From: a bacterium
Lineage (GTDB): Bacteria > Patescibacteriota > Patescibacteriia > JACQRZ01
NCBI GenBank assembly: GCA_030688365.1
Contig: JAUYIE010000004.1
Location: 5,931 to 69,930, forward strand
Reading direction: 5' to 3'
DNA length: 64,000 bases
Positions within the stretch are counted from its first letter, which is position 1. Each line of letters begins with the position of its first letter. Below, in pieces: positions 21,706 to 31,584 of the stretch. Under the pieces are notes generated by a model. The model saw only the letters and a program-made list of their open reading frames with translations. It was not told where the DNA came from and made no database searches. A program made the translations under genes and the position numbers.

Positions 21706-22090
21706 TTGAATTGGAAGTAAGTGTCGCGGTTCCCGTTGTACTGGGAACGCCGGTAAATTTTGTAAAAACAACTCCGGAAAGTCCGCTCGGTGTGACATTT
21801 GGCGATAAATCAAATACCTCATCATAGGAAGTATCCCTACTAGCATAACTCGCGCCTTTGAATATTGTGATACTCCCCGACTGAATATCCACACCCCAAC
21901 TCGTATCACCATCAACTGACTGCGACAAAACATGTGCTCTTCGCATACCCTGTACTATCTCTGTTGTCGCGATATCAAGGTCATTGCGTACTTGAAACGT
22001 CTGATAAATCGGTACCGATGCCCCCGCTATGATTCCGATAGCAGTGATTGAAAGCATGACCTCAACAAGTGTAAATCCTCTATTGCGCAT
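21656..22090 (-). CDS. Pseudopilin (GspG/PilE-like)
   Basis: MRNRGFTLVEVMLSITAIGIIAGASVP is a canonical class III prepilin N-terminus. Confidence 0.7.
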   Translation of the reverse strand: MRNRGFTLVEVMLSITAIGIIAGASVPIYQTFQVRNDLDIATTEIVQGMRRAHVLSQSVDGDTSWGVDIQSGSITIFKGASYASRDTSYDEVFDLSPNVTPSGLSGVVFTKFTGVPSTTGTATLTSNSNEVRTITINSKGMVNY

Positions 22091-22092
22091 AG

Positions 22093-23226
22093 TTATTGTG
22101 TCTTAAAACCACCAATAAGACTATAAATCGGCAAAATTACCGCTAATGCGACTGCCACGACTCCCAACCATACGATGACGAGCAAAATAGGTTCAAGAAT
22201 AACACTCAGATTTTTTGTAGACGTTTCCGCTTTTGCATCGTAGGACGCGCCAATCCTTAACAATACTTCTGACAATGTTCCTGATTGTTCACCTGCCACG
22301 ATCAATTCTTGTATGGGAGATGGTACCAAACGCGCAATTTTTTTAAATGTTGTAAAACTCTTTCGTAAGGAATTACCGTCTCCTATGCTGTCTCTCATGT
22401 GGATATATAATGCGCGATACTGCGATATCTCTGTAGCGTGAGCAAGGGAATCAAACGCATGCGTGACAGGCAAGCCGGATGCAAGCAGTGTACCCAAAAG
22501 ATAACCAAGCCGGGATAATTCCACTTCCTTGAGCAGACCGCTGACCCCCGGTAAAGCAAACAATATCGCCTGCCCAATAAATTTTGTCCTAGAAAATGAA
22601 AAAATAAAAAAGAATAGTGCGCCGATACCCACAACCACCGCAGGCACAACATATTGACCATACGCACCCAAAAATATTCCTACGCCAATTAAGATTTTTG
22701 TCACCAAGGGTAATTCTATTTTTAATTGAGAAAATACCAACGCAAGCTTAGGCAAAATAAACCATGCAACACCAATACCGATAATCACAGTCAACGACAG
22801 TACAAACATCGGATACATCATGGCTGAATGGATTTTTGAACGAAAGGAACGATCTTTTTCTTGCTCATCAGATACTATTTTTAGATTCTCTGACAATTTT
22901 CCGGACTCTTCACCTAGTCGGATCAATGAAATGGCATGACCGGGAAATAACTTACTTTTGGAAAGTGCCTTCCACAATGGCGAACCTGATTCAATATCAA
23001 GACGCATGTTTGCAGTGATATTTTTCATGCGACTAGAACGCATGTCTTTGCCAATCGCATCTAGCGCAGTCAAAATAGACATCCCGCCGGCAATGAGCAT
23101 GCTCAAATTTTCAACAAAAAAATCTCGTTCTTTAGCAAGACCAAATGTAAAAAAAGTCTTATGAGTCCTCGTCGGTGAGCCCTTCTCATCCCTGTTATTT
23201 TTTGTCGGCGTTTTTTTTGCGGGCAT
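22093..23226 (-). CDS. pilC: Type IV pilus inner-membrane platform protein PilC (GspF family)
   Basis: Two GspF-like repeats, each with TM helices. Start inferred at the Met 5 nt from the pilB stop. Confidence 0.85.
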   Translation of the reverse strand: MPAKKTPTKNNRDEKGSPTRTHKTFFTFGLAKERDFFVENLSMLIAGGMSILTALDAIGKDMRSSRMKNITANMRLDIESGSPLWKALSKSKLFPGHAISLIRLGEESGKLSENLKIVSDEQEKDRSFRSKIHSAMMYPMFVLSLTVIIGIGVAWFILPKLALVFSQLKIELPLVTKILIGVGIFLGAYGQYVVPAVVVGIGALFFFIFSFSRTKFIGQAILFALPGVSGLLKEVELSRLGYLLGTLLASGLPVTHAFDSLAHATEISQYRALYIHMRDSIGDGNSLRKSFTTFKKIARLVPSPIQELIVAGEQSGTLSEVLLRIGASYDAKAETSTKNLSVILEPILLVIVWLGVVAVALAVILPIYSLIGGFKTQ

Positions 23227-23230
23227 AGTT

Positions 23231-24883
23231 CTATGGTTGTGGCGGTGCGGCGACACGAAGTAATTCTTCAAGTGTCGTCACTCCTGTTTTTACTTTTTCA
23301 ATACCGTCCTCAAATAGTGATTTTGATCCTTCTTTACGTGCCAACGCCCAGATTTCCTGTGTCGAGGGTGTCTTCAAAATAAGATTTTGCATGGCGGGTG
23401 TGATATTGATAAATTCAAAAATAGCAGTTCTACCTTTGTAGCCGGTTTGGCCACATTCATTGCATTTTTTTCCTTCATAAAAGGTCATTGATTTTTTTCC
23501 GAAATAGTTTACAGCGATTTTCATCTGTGTAGATTTGAAATCACTGACAGATTTGGTGACAGTGTAACGACAAAATTCACATACCTTGCGCACAAGTCGT
23601 TGCGCGACTATCACCTCCATAGTAGAAGCAAGTAAAAAGGGTTCAATACCCATATCCAAGAGCCGAGGTATCGCCGTCGCCGCATCATTGGCATGAAAGG
23701 TGGAATACAACAAATGCCCAGTCAGCGCGGCGTTTACCGCTATTTCCGCCGTTTCACTATCGCGAATCTCCCCTACTAAAATAATATCAGGATCTTGGCG
23801 TACAATGGAACGCAAACCCTTGGCAAACGTGAGATTTGTTTGTGGATTGATCTGGATTTGATTGATACCACTCATCTTGTATTCTACCGGGTCTTCAATC
23901 GTGGTGATATTGAGATCCGGGCTGTTTGCCAATTTCAAAAGTGCATACAGGGTGGTTGTTTTTCCCGATCCTGTCGGCCCGACAACTAAGATCATACCAA
24001 ATGGTTTATCCACTGCACTTGAAAGTACCTGCTGATGCGCGGGAGAAAATCCCAGTTGATTTAATGAAAGACCTTGCACGTATGCCGCCAGCAAACGTAA
24101 CACAACCTTTTCTCCTTCTATGGTCGGTATGATTGATGTTCGCAGGTCTGCTACAACAGAGTCTTTGGTATATCGCAATGAACCATCTTGTGCCGCATAA
24201 TGTTCGTCAATACGCATACCACTTTGTACTTTGATCCGGTTCAAAATATTTTCATAAAATTCTTTGGGGATACGTCCCGCTTCATGCAACACGCCATCAA
24301 CACGAAATCGCACCAACACTTCCTCTGGTTGCGGTTCAAAGTGAATATCAGATGCATGATACATGAGCGCATCATCAAAAATAGCCTCCAAAAGTTCGGG
24401 TGCTACGCGATCATCATCTTCAATGATTTTGGAAAAACGAGTTTCAAGTGGTTTTTGATAATACAAAAAACAGGTATTAATATCGTCACTCAAGGCATAC
24501 GCGATGCTCGCAATTTTGTTTGGAAATAACTGTTTGACAGCGACTAAAATGTCTTTTTGTGTTGGGTCATCGGTGGCGATGACCATGGATTTTTTGTCTT
24601 CTTTAAAAATCACGGCACGAAATTTTTTTGCCAATTCTTCCGGCAATTTTTGTATCTGTTCAGAAGATGGCGGTATTGAATTTAAATCCGCGTATGGCAC
24701 TGATAACGACTCTGCGACCGCTTGTCCCAACAAGTCATTGGTGATCGCGCTGGATTGCAACAAATACTCCACCAACGAAACGTGGTGAGTTTTTATATAT
24801 AATTCCGCGTTCAGGATGTCTTTATCAGTAACGTAGTGTTCTTTGAGAAGGATTTGTTTTATGGTCTTGTCGTCAAACTTCAT
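23231..24883 (-). CDS. pilB: Type IV pilus assembly ATPase PilB (GspE family)
   Basis: Walker A (GPTGSGKTT). Asp and His boxes. CxxC...CxxC tetracysteine motif. N-terminal GSPII_E_N-like domain. Confidence 0.9.
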   Translation of the reverse strand: MKFDDKTIKQILLKEHYVTDKDILNAELYIKTHHVSLVEYLLQSSAITNDLLGQAVAESLSVPYADLNSIPPSSEQIQKLPEELAKKFRAVIFKEDKKSMVIATDDPTQKDILVAVKQLFPNKIASIAYALSDDINTCFLYYQKPLETRFSKIIEDDDRVAPELLEAIFDDALMYHASDIHFEPQPEEVLVRFRVDGVLHEAGRIPKEFYENILNRIKVQSGMRIDEHYAAQDGSLRYTKDSVVADLRTSIIPTIEGEKVVLRLLAAYVQGLSLNQLGFSPAHQQVLSSAVDKPFGMILVVGPTGSGKTTTLYALLKLANSPDLNITTIEDPVEYKMSGINQIQINPQTNLTFAKGLRSIVRQDPDIILVGEIRDSETAEIAVNAALTGHLLYSTFHANDAATAIPRLLDMGIEPFLLASTMEVIVAQRLVRKVCEFCRYTVTKSVSDFKSTQMKIAVNYFGKKSMTFYEGKKCNECGQTGYKGRTAIFEFINITPAMQNLILKTPSTQEIWALARKEGSKSLFEDGIEKVKTGVTTLEELLRVAAPPQP

Positions 24884-24911
24884 AGTGAACGTTTATGGGG
24901 TAAACGTGTGT

Positions 24912-25280
24912 TTATGTAAAAAATTTTTGTACATGTTCCACGATGGACGCAATCGGTGTATTAGATTTGATAAAAAAATCTTTAGCGCCCAAATCTCTAG
25001 CGCGTGTTTCATCATCTGGTTGGCTAAGATTGCTTGAGACAATGACCGGTATATCTATCTTTTTGTCTTTCAATGCCTGCAGTACGCTAAAACCGTCCAT
25101 TTTGGGCATGACCAAATCTAGAATAATAAGTCCGAACTCTTCCTTTTCAAGCAGAGCCATACCTGCTTCACCGTCAAACACTGCTATCGCATCAAAACCG
25201 GCGTGCGTTAATTTGAGTTCAAGCGCGCGCGCCATCGGTTTTTCATCCTCCATGATGAGTATCTTTTTTGCCTTTTCCAT
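24912..25280 (-). CDS. Single-domain response regulator (receiver only)
   Basis: KKILIMEDE...LIILDLVMPKMDG receiver motifs. 122 aa. Confidence 0.8.
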   Translation of the reverse strand: MEKAKKILIMEDEKPMARALELKLTHAGFDAIAVFDGEAGMALLEKEEFGLIILDLVMPKMDGFSVLQALKDKKIDIPVIVSSNLSQPDDETRARDLGAKDFFIKSNTPIASIVEHVQKFFT

Positions 25281-25447
25281 AGACGTAGACGTATAAAAAA
25301 ATATCCAGAGCTGATTTTGAACATACAGCTATATAAAGTATACCAGTATAGTGTACTCAGGGCAATTTCCTATGGGGACAAAATTGACAAAAATATAAGG
25401 ACATGGGATAACAGTAATATCTTTGACATTTTAATTGGAGGAAAAAA

Positions 25448-25912
25448 ATGAAAGTTTACGATAATAATGAAAAAATCGTAAAATTTTTAGAGTCACACCT
25501 GAAGACAATCATTGGAACGAAGTTTGATGGATTGAATAATATAGACTTCACAATGATAAATATTGAATTCAATACCCTAAAATATAAAAATTCCATTGCT
25601 AAGGTGATGGAAATATTATCTAGTCATAATCTTCCTATCTCATTGAAGGATGAAGAGAAAGAAAAAGAAAAAAAACACTTCATAATTCTCTATGGTATTC
25701 GTGATGAAAGTTCATATGTGCTTTATGGTGATTTCCAGTCCGCACGATCACAACAGCGAATACACTACGTGAACTTAATGAACATGAATGCAGTAGAATA
25801 CGTCATTTCTTCATACAACAATGGAAGTACTTTAACATCTAGTCCGATGTTAATAGCAATCACAAGACATCGAAAATTCGTAGCAGAATTGCTCAATCTT
25901 ATGGAGCAATAA
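25448..25912 (+). CDS. Hypothetical protein (AT-rich, no recognisable domain)
   Basis: GGAGG RBS 7 nt upstream of the ATG. 154 aa. Confidence 0.5.
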   Translation: MKVYDNNEKIVKFLESHLKTIIGTKFDGLNNIDFTMINIEFNTLKYKNSIAKVMEILSSHNLPISLKDEEKEKEKKHFIILYGIRDESSYVLYGDFQSARSQQRIHYVNLMNMNAVEYVISSYNNGSTLTSSPMLIAITRHRKFVAELLNLMEQ

Positions 25913-26036
25913 GAATATATCAACAACAGCTAATCCTTGCATAAATATCATGCAAGGAATTCTTTTTTTATAACGTGCCCAATAGTATGTAGCAATCGTC
26001 GCGTTTCATCAGTAATACCATCATACTACACCGAGT

Positions 26037-27701
26037 CTAGCCAAACGTCCATGCAAATAATGATATATTGGGCTCTAAGAAAATAATTTCAACCTCGTGT
26101 TCGTCATACATATCGCCAAAGTCAGTGAGTTCATACAACCGTTCGCCATCAATAGTCAATATACCGTTTTTAACATCTTTTCCGCTGTACAAATCATCCT
26201 TCGCTTTTCCATCAATGAGTACCTGCGCTTCTCCTTTTCCTCCGATGACGAGATTTGCCCGCGACGCCTTGAAACGCATTTTTATTACAGCATTTGCTGA
26301 CTGACTGGTAATTTTTTCTGCCTCTTCAGACCAATCACCCCCCAGAGTCCATTGATTGAGCCCAAGAACGCTCGCGTTAGGAACAAAATTGTCCCTTCGC
26401 GCAGTACCAACATAGGTCTCTGGTGACCCAATCCCAGCAAAATCCACTGACTTTGCATTGATAATGCCATTTTTGACTGTTGTTGAGAGCAATGAAACAA
26501 TAGCATCTTCTGTTTCATCATACTTCCCCTCACCAAAATGTGTATAGCGTACAAAACCATCTTGATCTATCAGATACTTTGCAGGCCAATAGTGATTGTT
26601 ATACGCGCGCCAGAGTGAAAAATCATTATCTTGTACCACGGGGTACGTCAAACCAAAATCAAGTACGGCCCTTTGAACATTTTCAAATTTTTTCTCAAAT
26701 TGAAACTCTGGTGCATGTACGCCAATAATGACCAGTCCATCGTCGTGATACCGTTCGTGCCACGTCTGCATATACGGTAACGTGCGGATGCAATTAATGC
26801 ATGAGTATGTCCAAAAATCAATGAGTACGACTTTGCCTTTCAAGTCATTCATTGAGTTGATTGAGTCACTATTGATCCAGTGTGTCAGGCCGGCAAATTC
26901 CGGTGCATCAAAAAGATACGGCAGTTGGCTACCATCAGCACCTGGATTTCTAAATTTTTTTGCCTGCGGTTCACCCAATGTCTTATTTATCAAGCCCTCT
27001 TCAAAGCCAGAAACACCAAATCCTGCGTCCAAAATTGCAGTTTCAATTTTTTTCTCAAAACCAGTCATTACAGCCAGACCAACGAGAATCAAAAGTATTC
27101 CCATGGATCTTTTGAACCACCCTGTGGGATTTGTAGCCCATTCCAAGTGACTGATAAGTCTTTGACCAAAGTAACCGACGATACCCAGCGTAAGTATGAT
27201 TCCAAGTGCATACACGAGGAGATAGACGACACCCACGCCAAAATTTACCGGCAATACGGTAGCGAGGATAACAAAATAAGTCGGTGAACAGCTTGAAAAA
27301 ACAGGACCTAAAGCAGCACCGATTAAAATTGCACTTCCCACAGACTCGCCGATGCCAGCTTTTGCCAATCCACCTTGTGCACCTTGATTGAAACGTATCG
27401 CAAGAGCAATCCTTTCCCATAATTCGGGCCAGAGCAAAAAGATACCAAATATAAGAACTATTCCACCGGATATACTCGTCCAAAACATTTGAGGTATACC
27501 AATAAGCAATGAGGATGCTTTAAGTAGTAGCGTAAATACTACGATGCTCAAAGCAAGTGATGTTGTCACGATCAGCGGTTTCCACCAATTTTTTGAACCA
27601 GCGGTAGTCCCTATGATAACCGGAAGGAGTGGTAATACGCATGGCGCCAAAATCGTCAACATGCCGGCGATAAATGATGTACCTAATAAAAGACCATTCA
27701 T
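26037..27701 (-). CDS. Fusion protein: CcdA/DsbD-like transmembrane thiol-disulfide transporter plus TlpA/ResA-like thioredoxin domain
   Basis: N-terminal polytopic region with paired Cys (LAPCVLPLLP). C-terminal thioredoxin fold with WTYSCINC (CxxC). Confidence 0.8.
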   Translation of the reverse strand: MNGLLLGTSFIAGMLTILAPCVLPLLPVIIGTTAGSKNWWKPLIVTTSLALSIVVFTLLLKASSLLIGIPQMFWTSISGGIVLIFGIFLLWPELWERIALAIRFNQGAQGGLAKAGIGESVGSAILIGAALGPVFSSCSPTYFVILATVLPVNFGVGVVYLLVYALGIILTLGIVGYFGQRLISHLEWATNPTGWFKRSMGILLILVGLAVMTGFEKKIETAILDAGFGVSGFEEGLINKTLGEPQAKKFRNPGADGSQLPYLFDAPEFAGLTHWINSDSINSMNDLKGKVVLIDFWTYSCINCIRTLPYMQTWHERYHDDGLVIIGVHAPEFQFEKKFENVQRAVLDFGLTYPVVQDNDFSLWRAYNNHYWPAKYLIDQDGFVRYTHFGEGKYDETEDAIVSLLSTTVKNGIINAKSVDFAGIGSPETYVGTARRDNFVPNASVLGLNQWTLGGDWSEEAEKITSQSANAVIKMRFKASRANLVIGGKGEAQVLIDGKAKDDLYSGKDVKNGILTIDGERLYELTDFGDMYDEHEVEIIFLEPNISLFAWTFG

Positions 27702-28016
27702 GGCTGTGGGGTGAAATGAATGAGAGTAAGAGATTTCCTACCGTGCCATACAAAAACCCGTATAACGCGGGCTTTATGAATTTACTTGGTTTCTTTGTGG
27801 TTCTGGTGAACCTTGCAGGTTTTGCAAAACTTTTTAAGCTCAAGACGATTTTTGAGTTTCTTTTTGTTCTTATAGGTATAATACCCTATTTGGGAACAAT
27901 TACCGCACTCCATTTTTATAAGATTATCCTGTGATCCCATATTGTATAGTTAAATAAGTCTGTCTACCATAGCACATAATAAAAAATTGTTCAAGTCTCA
28001 CAAGACCTGATAGATA

Positions 28017-28088
28017 AGCCACTTCTGGGATTCGAACCCAGGACCTTCACTTTACAAAAGTGTTGCTCTACCACTGAGCTAAAGTGGC
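28017..28088 (-). tRNA. tRNA-Thr (anticodon UGU)
   Basis: Reverse-complement cloverleaf: GCCACTT acceptor, anticodon loop UUUGUAA, TTCGAAT T-loop. CCA not encoded. Confidence 0.8.
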
Positions 28089-28134
28089 ACATGTGCCCCT
28101 ACGAGGCGGTCAAGTACGTCCACAAGAACGATAA

Positions 28135-28220
28135 TGGTGGGCGGTGAAGGATTCGAACCTTCGAAGGCGGAGCCAGCAGATTTACAGTCTGCCCCGGTTG
28201 ACCACTTCGGTAACCGCCCG
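28135..28220 (-). tRNA. tRNA-Tyr (anticodon GUA) with long variable arm
   Basis: Anticodon stem GCAGA/TCTGC. Loop CUGUAAA. Long extra arm. CCA encoded. Confidence 0.85.
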
Positions 28221-28337
28221 TACTGTAATAAAACAATGGCCTATCGGCACATTATTTCAGCTTAAGTGTACGTAAAAATTTAAAATATGTCAAAACGACC
28301 CCTTGCGAGGCCGTTTTTTCAAGTGATGAAAATCTTT

Positions 28338-29105
28338 TTATTGAATCAATGGATCCAATGTTGCTTTGATCTGTTCAAACGGTACAGCACCAGGGATAGG
28401 AATCTTTTGTCCGCTGATCAAGATAACCCCATACGGTGTTCCTTCCGCGCCAGCGGCAATCCCCTCCTGACTTTGCGCATTCACTTTATCAGCATATTTT
28501 CCCGAGTCATAGCAGTCCTGAAACTTCTTTTGATCAAGTCCAATCTCTTTTGCAATTTCCGGTAGTTTTGCTGGATCTAATCCATCATTTGATGGTGTGA
28601 TCTCAAACAAACGATCTACAAACTTCCAATACCCATCATTTCCCCCTAACTCTGCTGCGCACTCCGTTGCTTCAGCTTCTTTAGAAGCTTTACTGTGAAG
28701 CTGTTCAAGAGGAAAATTACGATATACTAGATTAATCTTTCCTGGATAGTTATCAACGACCTGTTTTGCGGTAGGATGGAACTTTTTACAAAATGGACAT
28801 TCCAAATCCGTAAATACAACCATGGTCGCTTCTGCTTTCAGATCTCCATATATATGATCATCAGGCTGAAGACCTCTTATAGAGATAGAGGCACTCGGCT
28901 GACTTGGATTATCAGCAAGTTGAGACGGCGCTGTTCCAGAAGGCGATGGTGATGTCACATTTGCTTGTGCACCATCCTTATCTTTTGCAAGAAAAAGTCC
29001 AAGAAGTATAAAAAAACCGACAGTACAAATTACTAAAAACCCCGTTGCCAACCCCATCAAAAAACTAGATTTTGGAGAAAGCTTGTTTGTTGGCTGATCG
29101 TCCAT
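28338..29105 (-). CDS. DsbA-like thiol:disulfide oxidoreductase, membrane-anchored
   Basis: N-terminal TM helix. CPFC active-site motif in a thioredoxin fold. Confidence 0.8.
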   Translation of the reverse strand: MDDQPTNKLSPKSSFLMGLATGFLVICTVGFFILLGLFLAKDKDGAQANVTSPSPSGTAPSQLADNPSQPSASISIRGLQPDDHIYGDLKAEATMVVFTDLECPFCKKFHPTAKQVVDNYPGKINLVYRNFPLEQLHSKASKEAEATECAAELGGNDGYWKFVDRLFEITPSNDGLDPAKLPEIAKEIGLDQKKFQDCYDSGKYADKVNAQSQEGIAAGAEGTPYGVILISGQKIPIPGAVPFEQIKATLDPLIQ

Positions 29106-29171
29106 AGTCGCATGAGTAAATATTTATAAACAAAGTATACTACTATTTTGAAAAAATGGGAATAACTCATA

Positions 29172-29244
29172 AGCCGACGTCGGGGCTCGAACCCGAGACC
29201 TTCTCCTTACCATGGAGATGCTCTACCAACTGAGCTACGTCGGC
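29172..29244 (-). tRNA. tRNA-Thr (anticodon GGU)
   Basis: Reverse-complement cloverleaf: GCCGACG acceptor, anticodon loop AUGGUAA, TTCGAGC T-loop. Confidence 0.8.
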
Positions 29245-29290
29245 GCAAATACCTGAATACGGTACCGTACATCACGGATCTTGGCAAATG

Positions 29291-30151
29291 TTAGTATCCT
29301 ATCCCTCTGATCCTCTCTGCAAGTTCGTCCAGTTTCTTATTGTCCGGATTTGCACGACGAAGTTGATCTAATGCTCGCTCTGCACGTAATCGTTGCTTTT
29401 GAATAATATGCATCTCTACGAGTGCGTCCAAAAGCTTTGGATTATTTTTATCAAGATCAACTGCCTCCAATATTTCAGACAAAGATGCTTCTTGATTATC
29501 TACATTCAGATGCACTTGGGAAAGATCATATAGATGTTTTGCAAGTTGAGCCGGTAGCGCACCTTGCTCATCAGGAGGCATGCTACCAAGCATATCCCGT
29601 TCGCGATTGCACAAATATTCCAAGACTTCACGTGCTTGCTCCCATTCTTTTTTTAACATATATACCTCACCCAGCCCGTCATAGGCATCCATGTTATTAC
29701 TATCCAATGCGATAGCATCAATATATCGCTTCTCTGCTTCGTCAAAATGTTCTTGACTGATACATTCTTCTGCTTGTTCCATCAACGTACCGCTCACTTC
29801 TTGTTTGCGGAGAGATTCCTCCGATGAAGCGCTTGCTCCTCCAATAACTGCTGCTCGTCTCTGTTTGTCACGCATTTCAACTACCTTCTTTTGCAGTGAC
29901 CCCATGCGCTGGCCAAGATTTTTTCTCAAAGCAGAAAATGGCAATGCCGCAACAGATGTCATTTTACGTGCAGTATAAAACTTACGCTTAATGCGTTCCG
30001 AAATAATCTTATTTTTGACGTTTCGCGCTCGCTCTTCCGGCAACGCAGCAAGATCAATGGACGCTAAAATGGAAAGTCGTGGTTTAACAATCAAAAAAAT
30101 TACAACTACACAGGCAACAGACACCACTATTGATATGATAATTCCAATCAT
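29291..30151 (-). CDS. TPR-repeat protein with N-terminal membrane anchor
   Basis: Repeated TPR-like helical pairs (AYDGLGEVY..., ALDSNNMDAY...). N-terminal TM. Confidence 0.7.
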   Translation of the reverse strand: MIGIIISIVVSVACVVVIFLIVKPRLSILASIDLAALPEERARNVKNKIISERIKRKFYTARKMTSVAALPFSALRKNLGQRMGSLQKKVVEMRDKQRRAAVIGGASASSEESLRKQEVSGTLMEQAEECISQEHFDEAEKRYIDAIALDSNNMDAYDGLGEVYMLKKEWEQAREVLEYLCNRERDMLGSMPPDEQGALPAQLAKHLYDLSQVHLNVDNQEASLSEILEAVDLDKNNPKLLDALVEMHIIQKQRLRAERALDQLRRANPDNKKLDELAERIRGIGY

Positions 30152-30939
30152 ATTGAGGTATTAAGTGAGTGCACAATAGCGCAGAATCGTTTTGCGTGCA
30201 AACTAGCGCTTCCTACCAAAACACCACTCACATCACCCTGGGTAATATAAGAAGATGCGTTATGTTCATCTACGCTCCCTCCATACACGAGAGGTATGGC
30301 ATTCACAGCATTGATGCTGTGTGTATGTAAAATATCTTTAATCATTCCGATTGCTTCTTTGCAGTCAGAAGGATCGCAGTTTTTTCTAGCGCCATGCTGA
30401 TTTGTGCTAATTGCCCAAACCGGTTCGTATGCGATCACAATTTGAAAATTTTTATTGAAAGGCATGGCTTTCATCAGTGCAGAAAGTTGTACCTCTAAGA
30501 TTTCCCGAGTTTTACCATTTTTTCGTTCCATCAATGTCTCTCCCACACACACAATAGGAACAAGTCCTAATTTTTTTTGTGTCTTTAACAATACCGCATA
30601 TTTTTTAGCCACCATCTCATTTGTTTCCGCAAAAATTATTCGACGTTCCGAATGCCCAATGAGAACATATTTACACCCAAGGTGTGCCAGAGCAACGGGC
30701 GAAACTTCACCTGTAGCAGCGCCTACCTCTTCCCAGTAACAATCTTGACCCGCTAAAACAATCGGATGATCTATCTCATAGCCGATTTCATACAGCGACA
30801 CAAAAGTTGGAGTCAAAACAATCTCAACGTTATCTGCTGGGGATTGTTGCATTATACCTTGAATAGTTCGTGCAAGCACAGTTTCTGCCTCCGGAGTAAG
30901 GTTTGCTTTCCAATTAGCGATACAAAGGAGAGGTGGCAT
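30148..30939 (-). CDS. tpiA: Triosephosphate isomerase
   Basis: IANWKAN N-terminus. AYEPVWAIST catalytic loop. GGSV phosphate-binding motif. Confidence 0.9.
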   Translation of the reverse strand: MPPLLCIANWKANLTPEAETVLARTIQGIMQQSPADNVEIVLTPTFVSLYEIGYEIDHPIVLAGQDCYWEEVGAATGEVSPVALAHLGCKYVLIGHSERRIIFAETNEMVAKKYAVLLKTQKKLGLVPIVCVGETLMERKNGKTREILEVQLSALMKAMPFNKNFQIVIAYEPVWAISTNQHGARKNCDPSDCKEAIGMIKDILHTHSINAVNAIPLVYGGSVDEHNASSYITQGDVSGVLVGSASLHAKRFCAIVHSLNTSI

Positions 30940-30951
30940 AAATAATTGAAA

Positions 30952-31506
30952 TTAGATGTCTAATGTCGTCAACTTTTCACCTGCATCACGGTTAGAGCTG
31001 ATCAGCATCTCATGTAGCCGATTATAATCCGGAAGCTTGTCTAGTGAGGGTGCGCCCAAATGGCGTAAAAATTCCATACTAATGGCGTATGTCTGTTCAT
31101 CACTCGTTTGATCTCCTTGCTGGATGAGTCCCGCAATAAGCAAGTTACGCAAAGACACTGCACAATTGACACCACGAATTTCTTCAATCTCTGGTTTTGT
31201 AACCGGTCCCCGATATGCTATCACTGCTAATGTCTCCAGTGCCGGCCGAGATAATTCACCAAGTGGTTCCTCTTTCTGTAAACGGGTGATGATGGGCGCT
31301 ACTTCTGGATTCGTTCCTAATGTGTATGTCTCTCCATTTTCAATGAGTATAAGTCCACCACGTTCCGAAGCAAGCTCATCATTCAAAGCACGTAACGCAT
31401 CAGTCACATCCTTTGAGCTTGCACCTGAAAGAGAACACAATCGCGCTAAGGTGCAAGGCGTTGAAGAAGCAAAAAGAATGTTTTCTACAATGCGTGTAAG
31501 TTTCAT
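30952..31506 (-). CDS. scpB: Segregation and condensation protein B (ScpB)
   Basis: Tandem winged-helix ScpB motif (LETLAVIAYRGPVTKPEIEEIRGV). Confidence 0.85.
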   Translation of the reverse strand: MKLTRIVENILFASSTPCTLARLCSLSGASSKDVTDALRALNDELASERGGLILIENGETYTLGTNPEVAPIITRLQKEEPLGELSRPALETLAVIAYRGPVTKPEIEEIRGVNCAVSLRNLLIAGLIQQGDQTSDEQTYAISMEFLRHLGAPSLDKLPDYNRLHEMLISSNRDAGEKLTTLDI

Positions 31507-31584
31507 ATAGATTCTTCAATAATAGCAACAATTGTCGTGACAAGCAAGAAAAAACACACCTGCTCGGTGTGCTTTTTCCTATGT

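Noticed and set aside
27674-27934. 86-aa plus-strand small membrane protein upstream of the tRNA cluster
   Set aside because: Possible, with two hydrophobic helices. But it overlaps the CcdA-fusion gene start region in antisense and lacks a clear RBS. Left unannotated as too weak.
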